This document shows, piece by piece, positions 40,840 through 53,099 of a DNA stretch of 64,000 nt. This DNA comes from Phoronis australis (Eukaryota; Animalia; Phoronida), in contig NMRA01000102.1 of the NCBI GenBank assembly GCA_002633005.1, positions 945,356 through 1,009,355 of the forward strand, written 5' to 3'. Under the pieces are notes generated by a model that had not been told where the DNA came from, searched no databases, and saw only the letters and a program-made list of their open reading frames with translations. The position numbers and the translations under genes are program-made. Position 1 is the stretch's first letter; the number at the start of each line of letters is the position of its first letter.

Positions 40840-41459
40840 TTTTATCTTAGTAATGATTATTTTTTTAAAGTATTTCACGTCTCACATGTGTCATGATTAT
40901 GAAACTACACTGAACTTGACAACTGTAGTTGTGTCATTCAGATACATGTACATGTATGTTACCTCAATGATTCATTTTCATCTACAGATCAAGAGTTCCA
41001 TCAAGTGTGAATCAGTTCAGGAGTTAACTTTGCTTTTTAAGTTGTTTCTATTTTTATCACCATTAACGTTCAAGCTAAAAACGGCCAAACGAGTATCGTA
41101 TAGTCTCAGAGCTCTATTTGACTCGGGCAGCGCCATGCGTAATAAGACAACTTAATTGGCAATATATTTTCATCCCAAAGTACAGTATTAATGTTCTACA
41201 TATGTACAAATTGTTTACCCCATTGACTCTCATCTATTTGAACTAATATCACATCCGTAGTACGTCAATCCATTTCACTTGTTAATGTTACTAATCCATC
41301 AGTTTTCTATTGCAAGATTTAGCCTAACTCAATGTAATTAAAGTAGTGGTGGTGGGAATTTTCATGCCTACCCTAGTGTTCATAACTTTTGTCCTTACTT
41401 CATTACTTTTAGTCTATTCACACACTTGTATATACTTCTTTTTCTCTTGTTAGATAAGC

Positions 41460-44400
41460 ATGTTAATTATGAACTGTATGAATTTATCAGTATTTAACTA
41501 CAGACATAATAATTATAATTGTTCGGGTGTCTGGAAAACAAAAATACCCCACTGCTTTTCGTCTATTACGCTCGACCTCACTCTTCTACTACGAAAACGA
41601 CCCCGAACTGAGCACTTACGTAATGTTTACTGCACAATGAAGAACTCATGTTGTGATATCCGAGTTATCATTGAGCAAAGTCTTTTGACTGCTGGTGACA
41701 TAGAGGTCAATCCAGGACCAGGCACTCAGGGTTTAGCCAGCTTCAAGGTCTTATTCACTAATATCAACAGTATCAAGGCGAACAATCTTTCAAGATTTGA
41801 TCTTCTCAAGCAAGTTATTACAGACAACAATTACATGGTCATTGCTATATGTGAATCTGGAACACTGTCCGAAGACAACCTCAGTGCACTTATTATTCCA
41901 GAATACCACATTGCCTACCACACTAACGTCGGGAGGGGGTTGATCTTGTTTGTCCACAACTCCGTAAATTACAAAACAATTGATGATAAAATTATACAAT
42001 CAATGAGTAACTGTTGGATTGAACTTTACGTCAACCACAAAAAGGTATATTACGGTTTTTTCTATCGCTCACCCTCACAGACGTCCCATGAACGGAAAGC
42101 ATATTTCAAAACCTTTTCAGAGCAATTGCAAGAACTCTCTCAAACTAATAAAACGATTGTTATCAACGGGGATTTCAACGCAAGAAATAGTACTTGGTAC
42201 TCTGAAGACAATGACAACCAAGCCGGTCTCGAATTATTCGATATTCTCCTCACAAATGACTGTATACAACTAATAAACGAGCCGACACGTTTAACAGAGT
42301 ATTCACATTCTTGCCTTGATTTATGTATAACAAACAATCTCGGATTAATTGAATCCACTTCTGTAAGGCCTCCCATTGGTAACTCAGACCACCACGTTAT
42401 AGAAACAACATTCACACTCAACTGCGCACCTAAAGAACCAGACATTATGAAGAAGATCTGGAATTACAACCTCATTAACATGGACAAACTGCGCTCTGAC
42501 ATAACCACATTCAATTGGACTGATATACTTAACAAAAGTGACATAAATGACGCAGTCTCAATATTCACACAGTCACTCTACAACATATTAGATAATAATA
42601 TCCCATCAACCATGAAAACAATAAAAAACAAGAACAAACCGTGGTTTAACAATAACATTAAGTCTGAAATAAATAAAAGAAATAAACTGTACAGATCGTT
42701 CAGAAGATCAAATAACCCATGCACGTTCAAGCGCTACAAAGAACAGTGCAAGAGTGTGGAAGAACTAATTAAAAAGACAAAACAAGACTATAAGATGAAA
42801 GTTATCTCCAATATCAAAAATGTCTCCAAAAATTCTAAGGAATATTGGGATATAGTAAACAAAATTCGAGGACAGGTAAAGCAATCATCATACCCCACCA
42901 TCCACTCAAAAGAATCCAACTCTCAGGCGTCATCCAAAGCCGATAAAAGTATCTTATTTCTAGACTACTTCACTGCCAAGAGTCACATTGCACCAACAAT
43001 AAACTATCCAGAATTCCCAAACAGAACATTAGAACACCTCTCTTACATAGAAGCCCAACCATCTGAAGTCAGGAAACTACTAGAAAACATTGACGAAAAC
43101 AAAAACGACGGTACCAATCTCATAACCAATAAAATGATCAAGATAATAGCAAGAGAGCTTACACTTCCTCTGACAACATTATACAACAAAATACTACAAT
43201 CTGGAAAATTTCCTTTGAACTGGAAGCTTGGCGTTATGATACCAATACACAAAAAGAACTCCAAAACAGACATTGCCAACTATCGCCCCATAACTCTACT
43301 TAACACCTTATCCAAAATTTTAGAAAAAATCATTTCTCAGCACATGTTTGACCACCTCTCTTCACAAAACCTCATATATCGTCGCCAATTTGGATTCATG
43401 CCTGGTAACAGCACTGTGTCGCAACTTACAGAAATTGTACACGACATCCACCTCCAGTTTGAGCAAGGGTACAACGTGAGATCCGTATTTTTAGACATTG
43501 CGTCAGCTTTTGATGTCGTTCCCCATGACCTGCTTCTACATAAATTACAATCTTACGGTTTCTCAGGCACTCTCCTCTTACTTTTAAAATCATATCTGGA
43601 AAATCGAACTTACAAAGTCCGAATTGAGGGTGTCTTATCACCTTCATCAACGCCAGGTTTCGTAAATGCTGGAGTACCACAGGGTAGCGTACTAGGCCCC
43701 TTACTCTTTTTACTGTACATCAATGATCTTCCAGACACGATAAGCTCTAAAACATTCTTATATGCTGATGACACTGCAATATTCCACCCATTCTCAAAAG
43801 AGCATCCCCATGACTCCTTACAATTGCAAACTGACCTTAACAAACTCTATGACTGGTCTCACAAATGGAAGATGAAATTTAAACCTGAAAAAAGTGTTGA
43901 TCTTATATTTTCTAAGTCTAATAATACTCATTTCCAAACAAATCCAACACTGGAATTATCACTCAATGGGGAAGTTATCCCCAATAAGTTCACGCACAAA
44001 CATCTTGGCTTGCTACTCGACCATAAGCTTACATTTACTCCTCATTGTCTCGAACTCGTTCAAAAAGTACAAAAAATAATTAATCCAATTAGAATTATCT
44101 CTCGTCATCTCAACTCCATGCATCTTGAAACTCTGTTCAAGTCTTTTGTACTTCCACATCTAGATTACTGTGACATAATCTACCGGCAAACGCTGACATA
44201 CTTCTCCAATTAGAAAGACTACAATACCAAGCAGCTTTAGCCATAACTGGGGCATACAAAGGGTCCAACACAATCAAGGTTCTAAATAGTCTTCACTGGA
44301 GCAAACTAGCAACCCGTCGTAAACTCCACCTGTCCATGTATACATTCAAAGTCTTAACCAACATAAACAATTACTCTAACAAAATCCTCTTTGACTCCTA

Positions 44401-44983
44401 CAAAAGACCAAGCACGAGACCAGGACTCCGGCAAAGCAATATGTATACTATTCCAGCCTCCATCAGCCAAGCCTTTAGAAGATCAACGATATTAACTTGT
44501 ATTGACAACTGGAATTCCTTACCATTCAAAATAAAAGAAAGCACTTCAATCGTCACTCTCAAAAATAACTTTAAAATGCATACCACTACTCCAGACTTGC
44601 CAGTCCCATTGACATCATTCCAACTTCCTCGCAACCATGAAATAACCCTATACAGATCAAGATGTGGTCTATTCCTAAACAACGAGAAATTTAGACATAA
44701 TTTTAATAATATTTCGGCTCTGTGTTCCTGTGGAGATACCCAGACATATCCTCATGTTTTCTTTGCTTGTGATGTATGCAAGGAGGAGAGGGTACAGCTC
44801 TTCCAGGCACTCGAACAATACCCCAATGTTTATAAAAAATACTCTGAAATTCCCCAATTGTACAACAAAATTAATTTCTTTCTATATGGATGTCAAGAAC
44901 TTAACTCAAACGAAAATATGGTTTTATTTGAAATAGTATCAGAATTTCTTTATAACATTAAATCTCTTTGTGTGAGTGGATAG
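41460..44983 (+). CDS. LINE ORF2: 2A-like peptide, APE endonuclease, reverse transcriptase and C-terminal CxC..H..C motif; one frameshift near 44185
   Basis: NINSI, AICES, YRSP, GDFNA, SCLDL, SDH (APE); YRPITLL, QFGF, FLDIASAFD, GVPQGSVLGPLLFLLYINDL, YADD (RT). A shifted frame from ~44185 (ANADILLQLERLQYQAALAITGA) runs into ORF 44336-44983. Confidence 0.9.
41697..41720 (+). other. 2A-like / StopGo ribosome-skipping motif DIEVNPGP
   Basis: LLTAGDIEVNPGP matches the D(V/I)ExNPGP consensus and lies just upstream of the APE domain. Confidence 0.85.
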
Positions 44984-45205
44984 AATTTTATACATCTGTA
45001 TGAAAATAAATTATTTTCATTCGTTGTCATATATCATTGTATTCTTAACATCACTTTTTTCTATTTATGTATTTGTATATAATCATTGTATATAGACTTC
45101 TTTGTATTTTTTTACCCAGATCTAATGCCTCTTGGCGCTTTCTGGGTTATGTATATTCATTGTATTCTGAAGATTTCGTAATAAAAATTAAAAAAAAAAA
45201 AAAAA

Positions 45206-45310
45206 AGAACGGTGCCGTGCCGTCGCTGTTGATTCCCGGTAGTGAGCCTGTCGTCACCCTCCCCAACCCCCTAGAAGTGCCATTTTGAAGCGAGAAGCCT
45301 CGCGAGCTGT
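45206..45310 (+). pseudogene. THAP-domain fragment, 3' part
   Basis: agaacggtgccgtgccgtcgctgttgattcccggtagtg...ttttgaagcgagaa.cctcgcga matches 16397-16468. Confidence 0.8.
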
Positions 45311-46444
45311 AGCCACTACATTGAGTGGATCGGGGTACTTACTGTCACCCGTGCCTCCGAACGTACCCCAGAGCGTGCAATTCTGGGGACTACCAGTGAT
45401 TCACCCTGTGCTGTTGTCTAGAGCCCAAAGCCCTTTTGTAGCCCTGCATACGATGTTGGGTAGTGGGAAAGAATACAAGCCGAGTTCTAAACCCAGTGAG
45501 CATGTGCACACCCAGCCTAAAAGCTGGGCGACTCGCATTTTTGAGAATGGGCACCTTTTACTAAAAAGGGTACGTTCAATTGTGCATTCGCTGAATTTTG
45601 GCAGTTCCTGTCTTTTTAGTGGACATTTGCTTTCAACTTTTCGAACTTTCTCTGAGGCGGACCTTTTTGCCCTCTTCGCCAACTGGTGCGCCATTCCTCT
45701 CAACACCTTCCTATGCCTGTGTGTACTCTGCCTCATTATACTAGGGCTCAAACATACCCACCCACTGACTATTAGTGAAAAAACTCCTCGTCACCCCTGC
45801 TATGATAAATGTCTCTGTCGCTCACGTCACATGAGTGCGGTCACTGTGATATCGGTCGCCGGCTCTAGCCATTTTTAAATTACAAGAAGCTAAACGATCC
45901 CTAAATCCAGCCTAATTGAGATCTCTAACAACCTAGCTTGTAGTAGAATATTCGTCGATGGTAAGTGGTGACGACAATTTTAGAAAAAAACAGCACAAAA
46001 GTAAACTCAAACGCACAACCAAAGTGAGGTCAATGGCGGTACAGCAATTGCCGGTCTGTCACGGAATGTCATGACATCGATAACTCCACACTTAACCAGA
46101 CGATTCGTAACCTTTCTTGATGAACCGGCAATTGCCTTCTATCCGTAAGTCACAGGGTAATTCCGTACCGTTCTTGACCACGAACCGTCAAAGTGGAAAG
46201 TATGCATGGGATTTTTGGGAAAATTTTGTGCTTTGACCGCAGATTTGTTGCGAACTCGCTGGATCAAGACACTGTGCATGGTATTAGAAGAAAGAAAGAA
46301 TCCGACTTCTTTGTTGATACCCTGTTTTTTGTAAATTTATTGACATGGACGGCTGAATTGAAGCACCGGTGGAATTCCTTGTCCGTAGTGTTATACCTTG
46401 TTATTGGGACGATCACTGAAGCTGGGAAGGCCTGATTGAATCGG

Positions 46445-47630
46445 GTACGATGGATTTCCAACGGGGGTTGCATTGTCGTAACGTATCGGTAAACATATAA
46501 CATAAACCTTAGAAAGAGCGAAACTCGGCGAAATTGACTGAAACGATGATGATAGAGATGATGATAATTATTATGGTTGCAATGATGAACATGATGATAG
46601 CAATCATTTGACGATGACATAACAGAAATGGTTAACAAATCAAGAAGCGCTTAAGCACTGCATTCTAAAGTGACACGTACATGTATCAGATATCGCAAAA
46701 TTAAAGGGTAAGCTTGCATGTTATCACAAACCCGGTCAGATGGTAATGCCCTGGAACCAATGCAATGCCATTGCCAAGCAAGTGTTACACAAGAATGCAA
46801 AGTTTAAATGACACACTTAACTTTATCGATGAAACGAAGACCTAATAGTACTCACACGAATATGAGATGAGGCTCACGAACACCAGTGCGAAAACGGTCT
46901 GCATTTTGATTGTTTAGAGATAGGTAGCTGAAACTTGCAGTGACGACAGCCAAACAGCAAGAGAACATAGGCCACGCCTTGGTAGAAGATTTCTGCGCAT
47001 GCCCTAATGAATACAGGGTGCCTAAACTCTTAGCCTCGTTGCAACCGCCTGTACGCAGTCTTCGTTCAGGTTCCTTGATCATTTGGAAACGTGGCTCAAG
47101 TTGACTTGCCGGATTGCTGTTACACCACGACAGCCCTGTGAGCGAACGAATCCCTGCTTTCTCATTAGAATAAAAGATGCAAGGAATAGGTAAAGGTTCC
47201 TTGATCATTTGGAAACGTGGCTCGAGTTGACTGGCCGGATTGCTTTTACACCACGACAGCCCTGTGAGCGAACGAATCCCTGCTTTCTCATTAGAATAAA
47301 GGATGCAAGGAATAGGTAAAGGTTCCTTGATCATTTGGAAACGTGACTCGAGTTGACTGCCGGATTGATGTTACACCGCGACAGCCCTGTGAGCGAACGA
47401 ATCCCTGCTTTCTCATTAGAATAAAGGATTCAAGGAATAGGTAAAACATCATTTACAAAGCATTCATTCTTTTTTCCTTTGCTCTGACAAACAAATTAAA
47501 TTTAGATAATATTATTCTTAATCTATACCTCATTTTAGTTTTTGCCATTATTGCACTTACAATATATGTTGTAATACTTAGGTATTTGTCCTTTGTACAA
47601 ATACACATTTTACATAGATATACAATCAAT
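46445..47630 (+). repeat. Dispersed repeat, copy 2 of 3170-3930 + 6130-6250
   Basis: Colinear similarity; the 3' part ttcttaatctatacctcatttta...catagatat..aatcaat matches 6133-6247. Confidence 0.85.
47068..47445 (+). repeat. Tandem triplication, 126-bp unit
   Basis: aggttccttgatcatttggaaacgtg...caaggaataggtaa starts at 47068, 47194 and 47320. Confidence 0.95.
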
Positions 47631-48354
47631 TTGTTAACACTAGAAAGAGGTTGGTGTTTCGCTCATGAAGTGAGATAAATTATTGAAACTAATACATAGT
47701 TTTGACTAAGTAGATGCAGGTGGCTTTCATACAAGCAGCTCGTTAGCCCTTTGGAAATCTCCTTGCCTTGTTTTGATATTTGAGAGTAATCAATGACCAC
47801 TATACATATTGTCCTAGAAAAACTGTATTTGTTCACTTTTGACTAACACTTTTTAAGTTGTGCTTAGTAAGTAGGAACGACTTGTGTACAAGTGCATCAT
47901 GAGTATGTTTTTTATAATGATTGGCTAAATAAAGTATTTATCTATCTATGTATCTATCTAAGTATCTGTTTTCTATCGACGTATCTTGTGATTTTGTTAC
48001 TCTGCACATACGTCATTCTAAGTACCCTATTAGGAGTATAGTTCGAAGCCAAGTGTACAGCGTGCAGGCGAATGTTTTGTATTAATGGGCGCAGTGCGCA
48101 CCATCAAAGAAGGGCACGGACAATCACTGAGCGCAGTGTGCACAATCACTGAAGGGCAACGGGCACGGTAAAGCAATCACTGTGAAGTGTGGCTTGTGGT
48201 AAGATACTGGCTTGCCTTGCCAAGTTATCTGACGTCATTTTTATCAGTTCTGTCAATCATGCGCCAGATAAAACAGCATCGTCTTATGCGGAAGTACTAC
48301 TCTAAATTAACTCCCTGTCGCAGGTAACTCCATGAGGTGTCGCCACCTGGTGAC

Positions 48355-48690
48355 TTTCACAGGGCCGTCAATTCCTCCGTTTTGGGGCCAAATATCGGCC
48401 CCATGCACCTCTGCGAAATATTTTATAATCACAAGAAGTTCCCCTAACGAAGCCCGAATCTTACCATCGAATGATAAAAATTCCTTTGGAGGTTTAAATG
48501 AATTATAACTCACACGTCCGTTAATTTGAAACAGCACAAGTTTTGGCTAATTGAGGCAGAAAATATGACGGTGGAGGTTGCTGTTGATGCTAACCTGGAA
48601 GGTGGATAGAATTTTTCCCTGACTCAAAAGTTCCCCGTCTTAGAAGGTATAAGCAATTTTCCCCTGAGGCGAACGAGGGCCCTGTGACAT
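48355..48690 (-). repeat. Diverged inverted relative of the 51530/61476 repeat
   Basis: ggccgtcaattcctccgttttggggccaaatatcggcccc is approximately the reverse complement of gggccgatattgggccccaaatttgagggattgagggcc (~61990-62030). Confidence 0.55.
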
Positions 48691-49299
48691 CTCAAATGCA
48701 AAGTCCACATGTAGCGGAAACAGTCGAATTCACGGGGACCGTCATATTGAAGTCACGCTATTACTGGTGTCAATACAGATAAACAAGCCATCTCAGCTGG
48801 TGTGCCTGCTTGCGTTGTTTATTTGGCAATACGAAAACTTAGTTTAAAAAGATGAGTATCATTATTCCAGTGTCAAGCACAAAATCAGTAGATAACATCT
48901 TGATTGCCTTTACTGAGCTTGTAAATCTACGTGATGATCTGATGAGAAATCAACATTTGGAAGTTATGTACTAACAGTGTCTCAGTTTATTGCCCTTTCC
49001 AATTGGTAATATGTACTGTTTTATTTGGGGAAGTTGATATACATGTACACTTTGAGAAATTACAACAGGAGAATATGATACAAAGCATGGTTCATAGATT
49101 ATACGACCGGAAAAACAACCAAAAGTACTTCAAGCAGTGAATCCAGTAAACGCATTACAAAAGTCAATTCTCTTAGCCTCTGTAAGGGTCATCTCCATCC
49201 ACCAGTCGTTCAAAAAAGTTCTGAAAGTAAAATGTACGCAACCTCGTAAAAGTTTGCTCAACATGACCTCCACTCTATGGTTCATCTACGTTATAAAGT

Positions 49300-49475
49300 C
49301 ATTGACAGTCCTGTACAAAACTGGTTTTGCTTTCGTGAGTGTTGCCGTGTGAATATACGGAGGGATGTAATGGTATTGTAATCTTTCTGTTCCGTGGACC
49401 AATATGGCCCATGAACACAGCGAAAGTAACATCCGCAAACAACTGAATACCATAAAAACTTGTTCGAATCTCGTC
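49300..49475 (-). pseudogene. Possible decayed P2X7-C-terminal (ballast/nanor)-like exon
   Basis: After a ctttgcag acceptor, frameshifted segments NKFLWYS...RCVHG/HIGPRNRK/IPPYIHTA resemble Y..F..W.HG.LG..NR..IP.C. Confidence 0.3.
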
Positions 49476-50884
49476 TGCAAAGAACAAAAAACGCAAAAAT
49501 AACAAAATGGTTGATAAGGGGCGTGGCCAACAAAAGACACAGAAAAAACAGACCATGGAAGCAAATTATACACAAAAATACAGCAATCTAAATACAATAA
49601 TATCTACTCAAATACACAAACGAAGAAAAATGAGAATGTACAAACTGCGTCCAAAACAAAGGAAATGATACAGGCTACTAGAAATGCAGACAAATGTTTT
49701 GTGCAGTGAGAAGAAAAAAGCAAGGCGATTCCTCACTACCACATAACTGTAATCCATGCTCATGCACTGTCGTATGTAATTTTATAGCATTACACTTTTT
49801 CTTAGTGACATGCCAGTGCAGGTTAAACTCCCCATTTGTCCACTTTAACGACCGATAGGAATACAAAATAAATCAGTTGCTAATTTATAGAATAGCTCAC
49901 AACGTATAAAACGTATTGACATTGGGAATATCATCACAAGTCAAAGTTGCAAAATGTCATGACAAAATATTGAACGGTGATAAAAATGCTCATTACTCGC
50001 ACAACTCCATACACAACTGAACTAAAAAGACTTGGATTACAAGACTAAAATTTAATTTCATATACTCTCTCTTCAACTTATTATTAACAGCAAATACTTC
50101 AGCCAAGTTACAACCTGACCACGAGTTCATATATGTTACCCAGTCACAACTTATTTTAACCACAATCTCCAAAAACGTACAAAGTGGGCACACCATATAC
50201 CATGACAACGAGAAAATCTGACCAACCTTCTCACTCTTTACTAATTCAATAGTAAACGACAGCTACTGTTGCCAAAGTTACAATAAAGCTGAAAACTACA
50301 TGCAATTTACTCACATAAATGTAGGTGTGTGTCATCAAGAAGCAACCTGATTCTGATTCCTTAGCTCAAAAAGGTGACACAAACCATTATGACAAATAAC
50401 ACTGTTCTGAGATCAGTGTAGAGAATACACGAGCAGAGAAAATGTTTTTTATCCTATGCATACGACAGTACAAAAATCACACAAACGCTCCTCAATACGA
50501 ATAAAAATACCAAAACGTTCAGTTTATTCTTTCAGCAACAAGACACTACATCTAAATTGAGAAAATAGGGACTTTTACCCCAGATCTTTTTAACTAAAAT
50601 TTTGTTTGACACATTGTTTCAAATAATTCAAATTGGGTTTGATAAAAAATTCCGCCCTGCATTCACACTGTGAAAAAATCATCAATTTCACGGGCTAACC
50701 TTTCATATAATGTTTCAATTTGACCAAACTTAGTAAAATTTTGAAAAACAATGACCGATTTTCCTTTCTACACGTGATGTCCCAGTGATATATTTGCTTT
50801 GAGAGACGATAATCAGACATGCAAATAAGTCTATTCCAGAGCCGTAATACACATAATTTCTGGAGAACTTTTTGACATCTTCAT

Positions 50885-51055
50885 TTATGGCGGAGTGGTT
50901 AAACCAAATATTGTTGGCACCTCATTCCACACCAGCTTGTTCTTAATATGAGCATTCGTGAATTCTGATTCCTGGAAGTGACGAGAGCATAACATGAAGT
51001 TCTTGGACAAGTAGGCATCTCTATTCGTAAAGTCTGCTCCCAGCGCTTGCATCTA
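50885..51055 (-). pseudogene. Decayed THAP-domain exon
   Basis: (R)CKRW then, after a frameshift, LSKNFMLCSRHFQESEF...KLVWNEVPTIF (THAP W, CS.HF and VPTIF boxes). Confidence 0.75.
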
Positions 51056-51529
51056 ACACTCACCAGACCGGCTATCTGCTGGTCTGCCCACTCCTCGATG
51101 GTATAAACAGGAAGGCTGGGGGTAGCCTGCGCCTAGCACTTTCTTCTGGATATCAATTTAGTGATGATAAACGGACGAGATAACTGAAACAGCAAACTGT
51201 ACTTAAGACTTATGTCTGACATTCCACTCAAATATTTACGTGAAAAATAATTTCATTAATCAAATCTCACTTGAGCAAAAGTCTCCCAAGAATATACAAG
51301 TAACTGCTAGTTATTAAGATAATTTCAGCAATTATTTCTAGAGTGTGATGCACTCATAATTACTTGGCGAAATCTTTTTTCACTAATTGTGAAGTCACAG
51401 TGTAAGACCAAAGTTCTAACGTAAGTCTTATGTCACTTTCATGAAACAGACCACTGCTGTTTAAAAGGATACCAAACCAAGATTTGACGATTTCCACCAA
51501 TTTTTGTTCCGTCACCCGCTAATGCACCA

Positions 51530-52100
51530 TTAAAATAAAAAACCTGGCTCGTAATTGAAAATAAAATTCAGTATTCGGCCATCAATTCTGCTTTCTTGGT
51601 TTTAATAATTCTTACGTCTATTGCGTGTGGTAGGATTCAAATATCAATCTGTACCAAGTGGAATTTTAAAATTAAAACAACCTCGTTTTAGAGCTCAGTT
51701 TCAGTTAACTGGACAGAGCCAGCATATTCATCATGTTTCTTCAGGGGCCTCGTTCGTTCACTCCCGACTAGGGGAAAGATGCCTGTGCCTTCAACATGTG
51801 GATTTTTTTAGCCGAGTGACGGGAAAAATCTAGCTCCCGATCACCATCAATAAGACCCCCGCCCTGTTGTAAGCTCTCATAGGCTATGTCTCAAATAGCA
51901 TTTTGTGCTCTTTCCGTCAAATTGTCACCTGTGTGGTTCACTCCAAATGATTTGAACTTCGAAGAGAAATTTCCAATCACTTTTTATACCTCGTGGGGGA
52001 ATTTCGCGTGATTTTATAATATTTTTTAGAGGGGAATGGAGTCGATATTCGGCCTCAAAATCGAGGGATTGAGGGCCCTGTCCTTTTTGGAAAGAAAAAT
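51530..52100 (+). repeat. Dispersed ~570-bp repeat, copy 1 (copy 2 at ~61476-62050)
   Basis: Shared taaaataaaaaacc.ggctcgtaattgaaaataaaa...ctcccgatcaccatcaata...cctcgtgggggaatttcgcgtgat...cctttttggaaagaaaa. Confidence 0.9.
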
Positions 52101-52629
52101 GCATCATGAAAACACATCATTGAGCCGGCTGGCTGAAGATTCTCTAGTCGTCATTACTCGGCAACGAGATGCTATCAAATATGATTAGAAAACATTTATA
52201 GACTTCACACGGGCATATTCTCTTTCGTCGCTTCCGCATTTCAGCGTCCTTAGTAGAAGACTGGTAGCCTAATCTACACTACACTACACTACACTACAAT
52301 AGTCTTGTCGTCCTGAGTCTGTGAAATAGACAAAACCGTCTTGGTGCCAACAAAAACCTAGGACTCAAATGATGATACAGGCATATTTCAGAGCCGTGCC
52401 CGCATCATTGGCGCATAAAATCAAGTTTTCATTGAAGCACTGGTGTTGCATAAATTAACTTTAACTGGCACATTATAATCATGGCGACTTTTCACTGAGT
52501 CCCACAGATCCTCTAACTTGACTCATCGATAGATTTTACGCCCTGTGACTGTTGTGACTATTGCCGAGCCATCGATCATATTTACCCATGTCCATGGGTA
52601 ACTTTTTCTAAAATTATCCTTGCCATCGC

Positions 52630-52769
52630 TGTTGTGTTACAAAGATAAAGTCCGATAGCTTAGAAGTGTATTTGATTACGAGGTCTCTTACCAGCGGGCT
52701 ATCTTGCGAAAGTCGTCCACACAGCCCCCCCCCCTAACGGGCAAGCCGGAAACTAATAGGCATACAACA
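52630..52769 (-). repeat. 3' LTR (140 bp, TGTTGT...ACAACA)
   Basis: Terminal inverted repeat; near identity to 56654-56780; adjacent PPT. Confidence 0.9.
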
Positions 52770-53099
52770 TCTCCCTTTATGGGATCACGAACCCTTAACA
52801 ACTATATAGAAGAAAATCACTTAATAAGTATAAAAATAAAACAGTCACTCTGTGCCATTTATCAAGCGTTTGTCAAATCTTAACACTAGAAGTATGTCTC
52901 AGTTCTTCACCTAAACCACAATTCATTGCTCAATCAATCTTTCCGGGGGTTTTGAGATCCTCCCGATCTACGTGTAGTTCTCACTATCGTGGCATGCTCT
53001 ATATCTCGAGCAGGGTCATCGATGTCGCCATCAGTCTCACTATCGTGACCCTCTGCCTCATTCTGGTACTCGTCCTAATCCAGATTAATATTTTCCTGG

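Larger units (their letters stand above)
40840..45205 (+). mobile_element. Young CR1/L2-group non-LTR retrotransposon (LINE) insertion
   Basis: 10-bp TSD AGAACGGTGC at 40830-40839 and 45206-45215; AATAAA then poly-A at 45180-45206; APE+RT ORF. Confidence 0.93.

Noticed and set aside
41790-44936. Many short antisense and alternate-frame ORFs within the LINE
   Set aside because: Shadows of the long ORF2.
45285-45878. 197-aa plus-strand ORF and 116-aa antisense ORF
   Set aside because: No recognisable domain; spans THAP-element remnant and other repeat-like sequence; non-ATG start.
46852-47334. 160-aa ORF with 42-aa repeats
   Set aside because: Open only because the 126-bp tandem unit is a multiple of 3; the homologous copy at 3569-3890 has stops and no domain was recognised.
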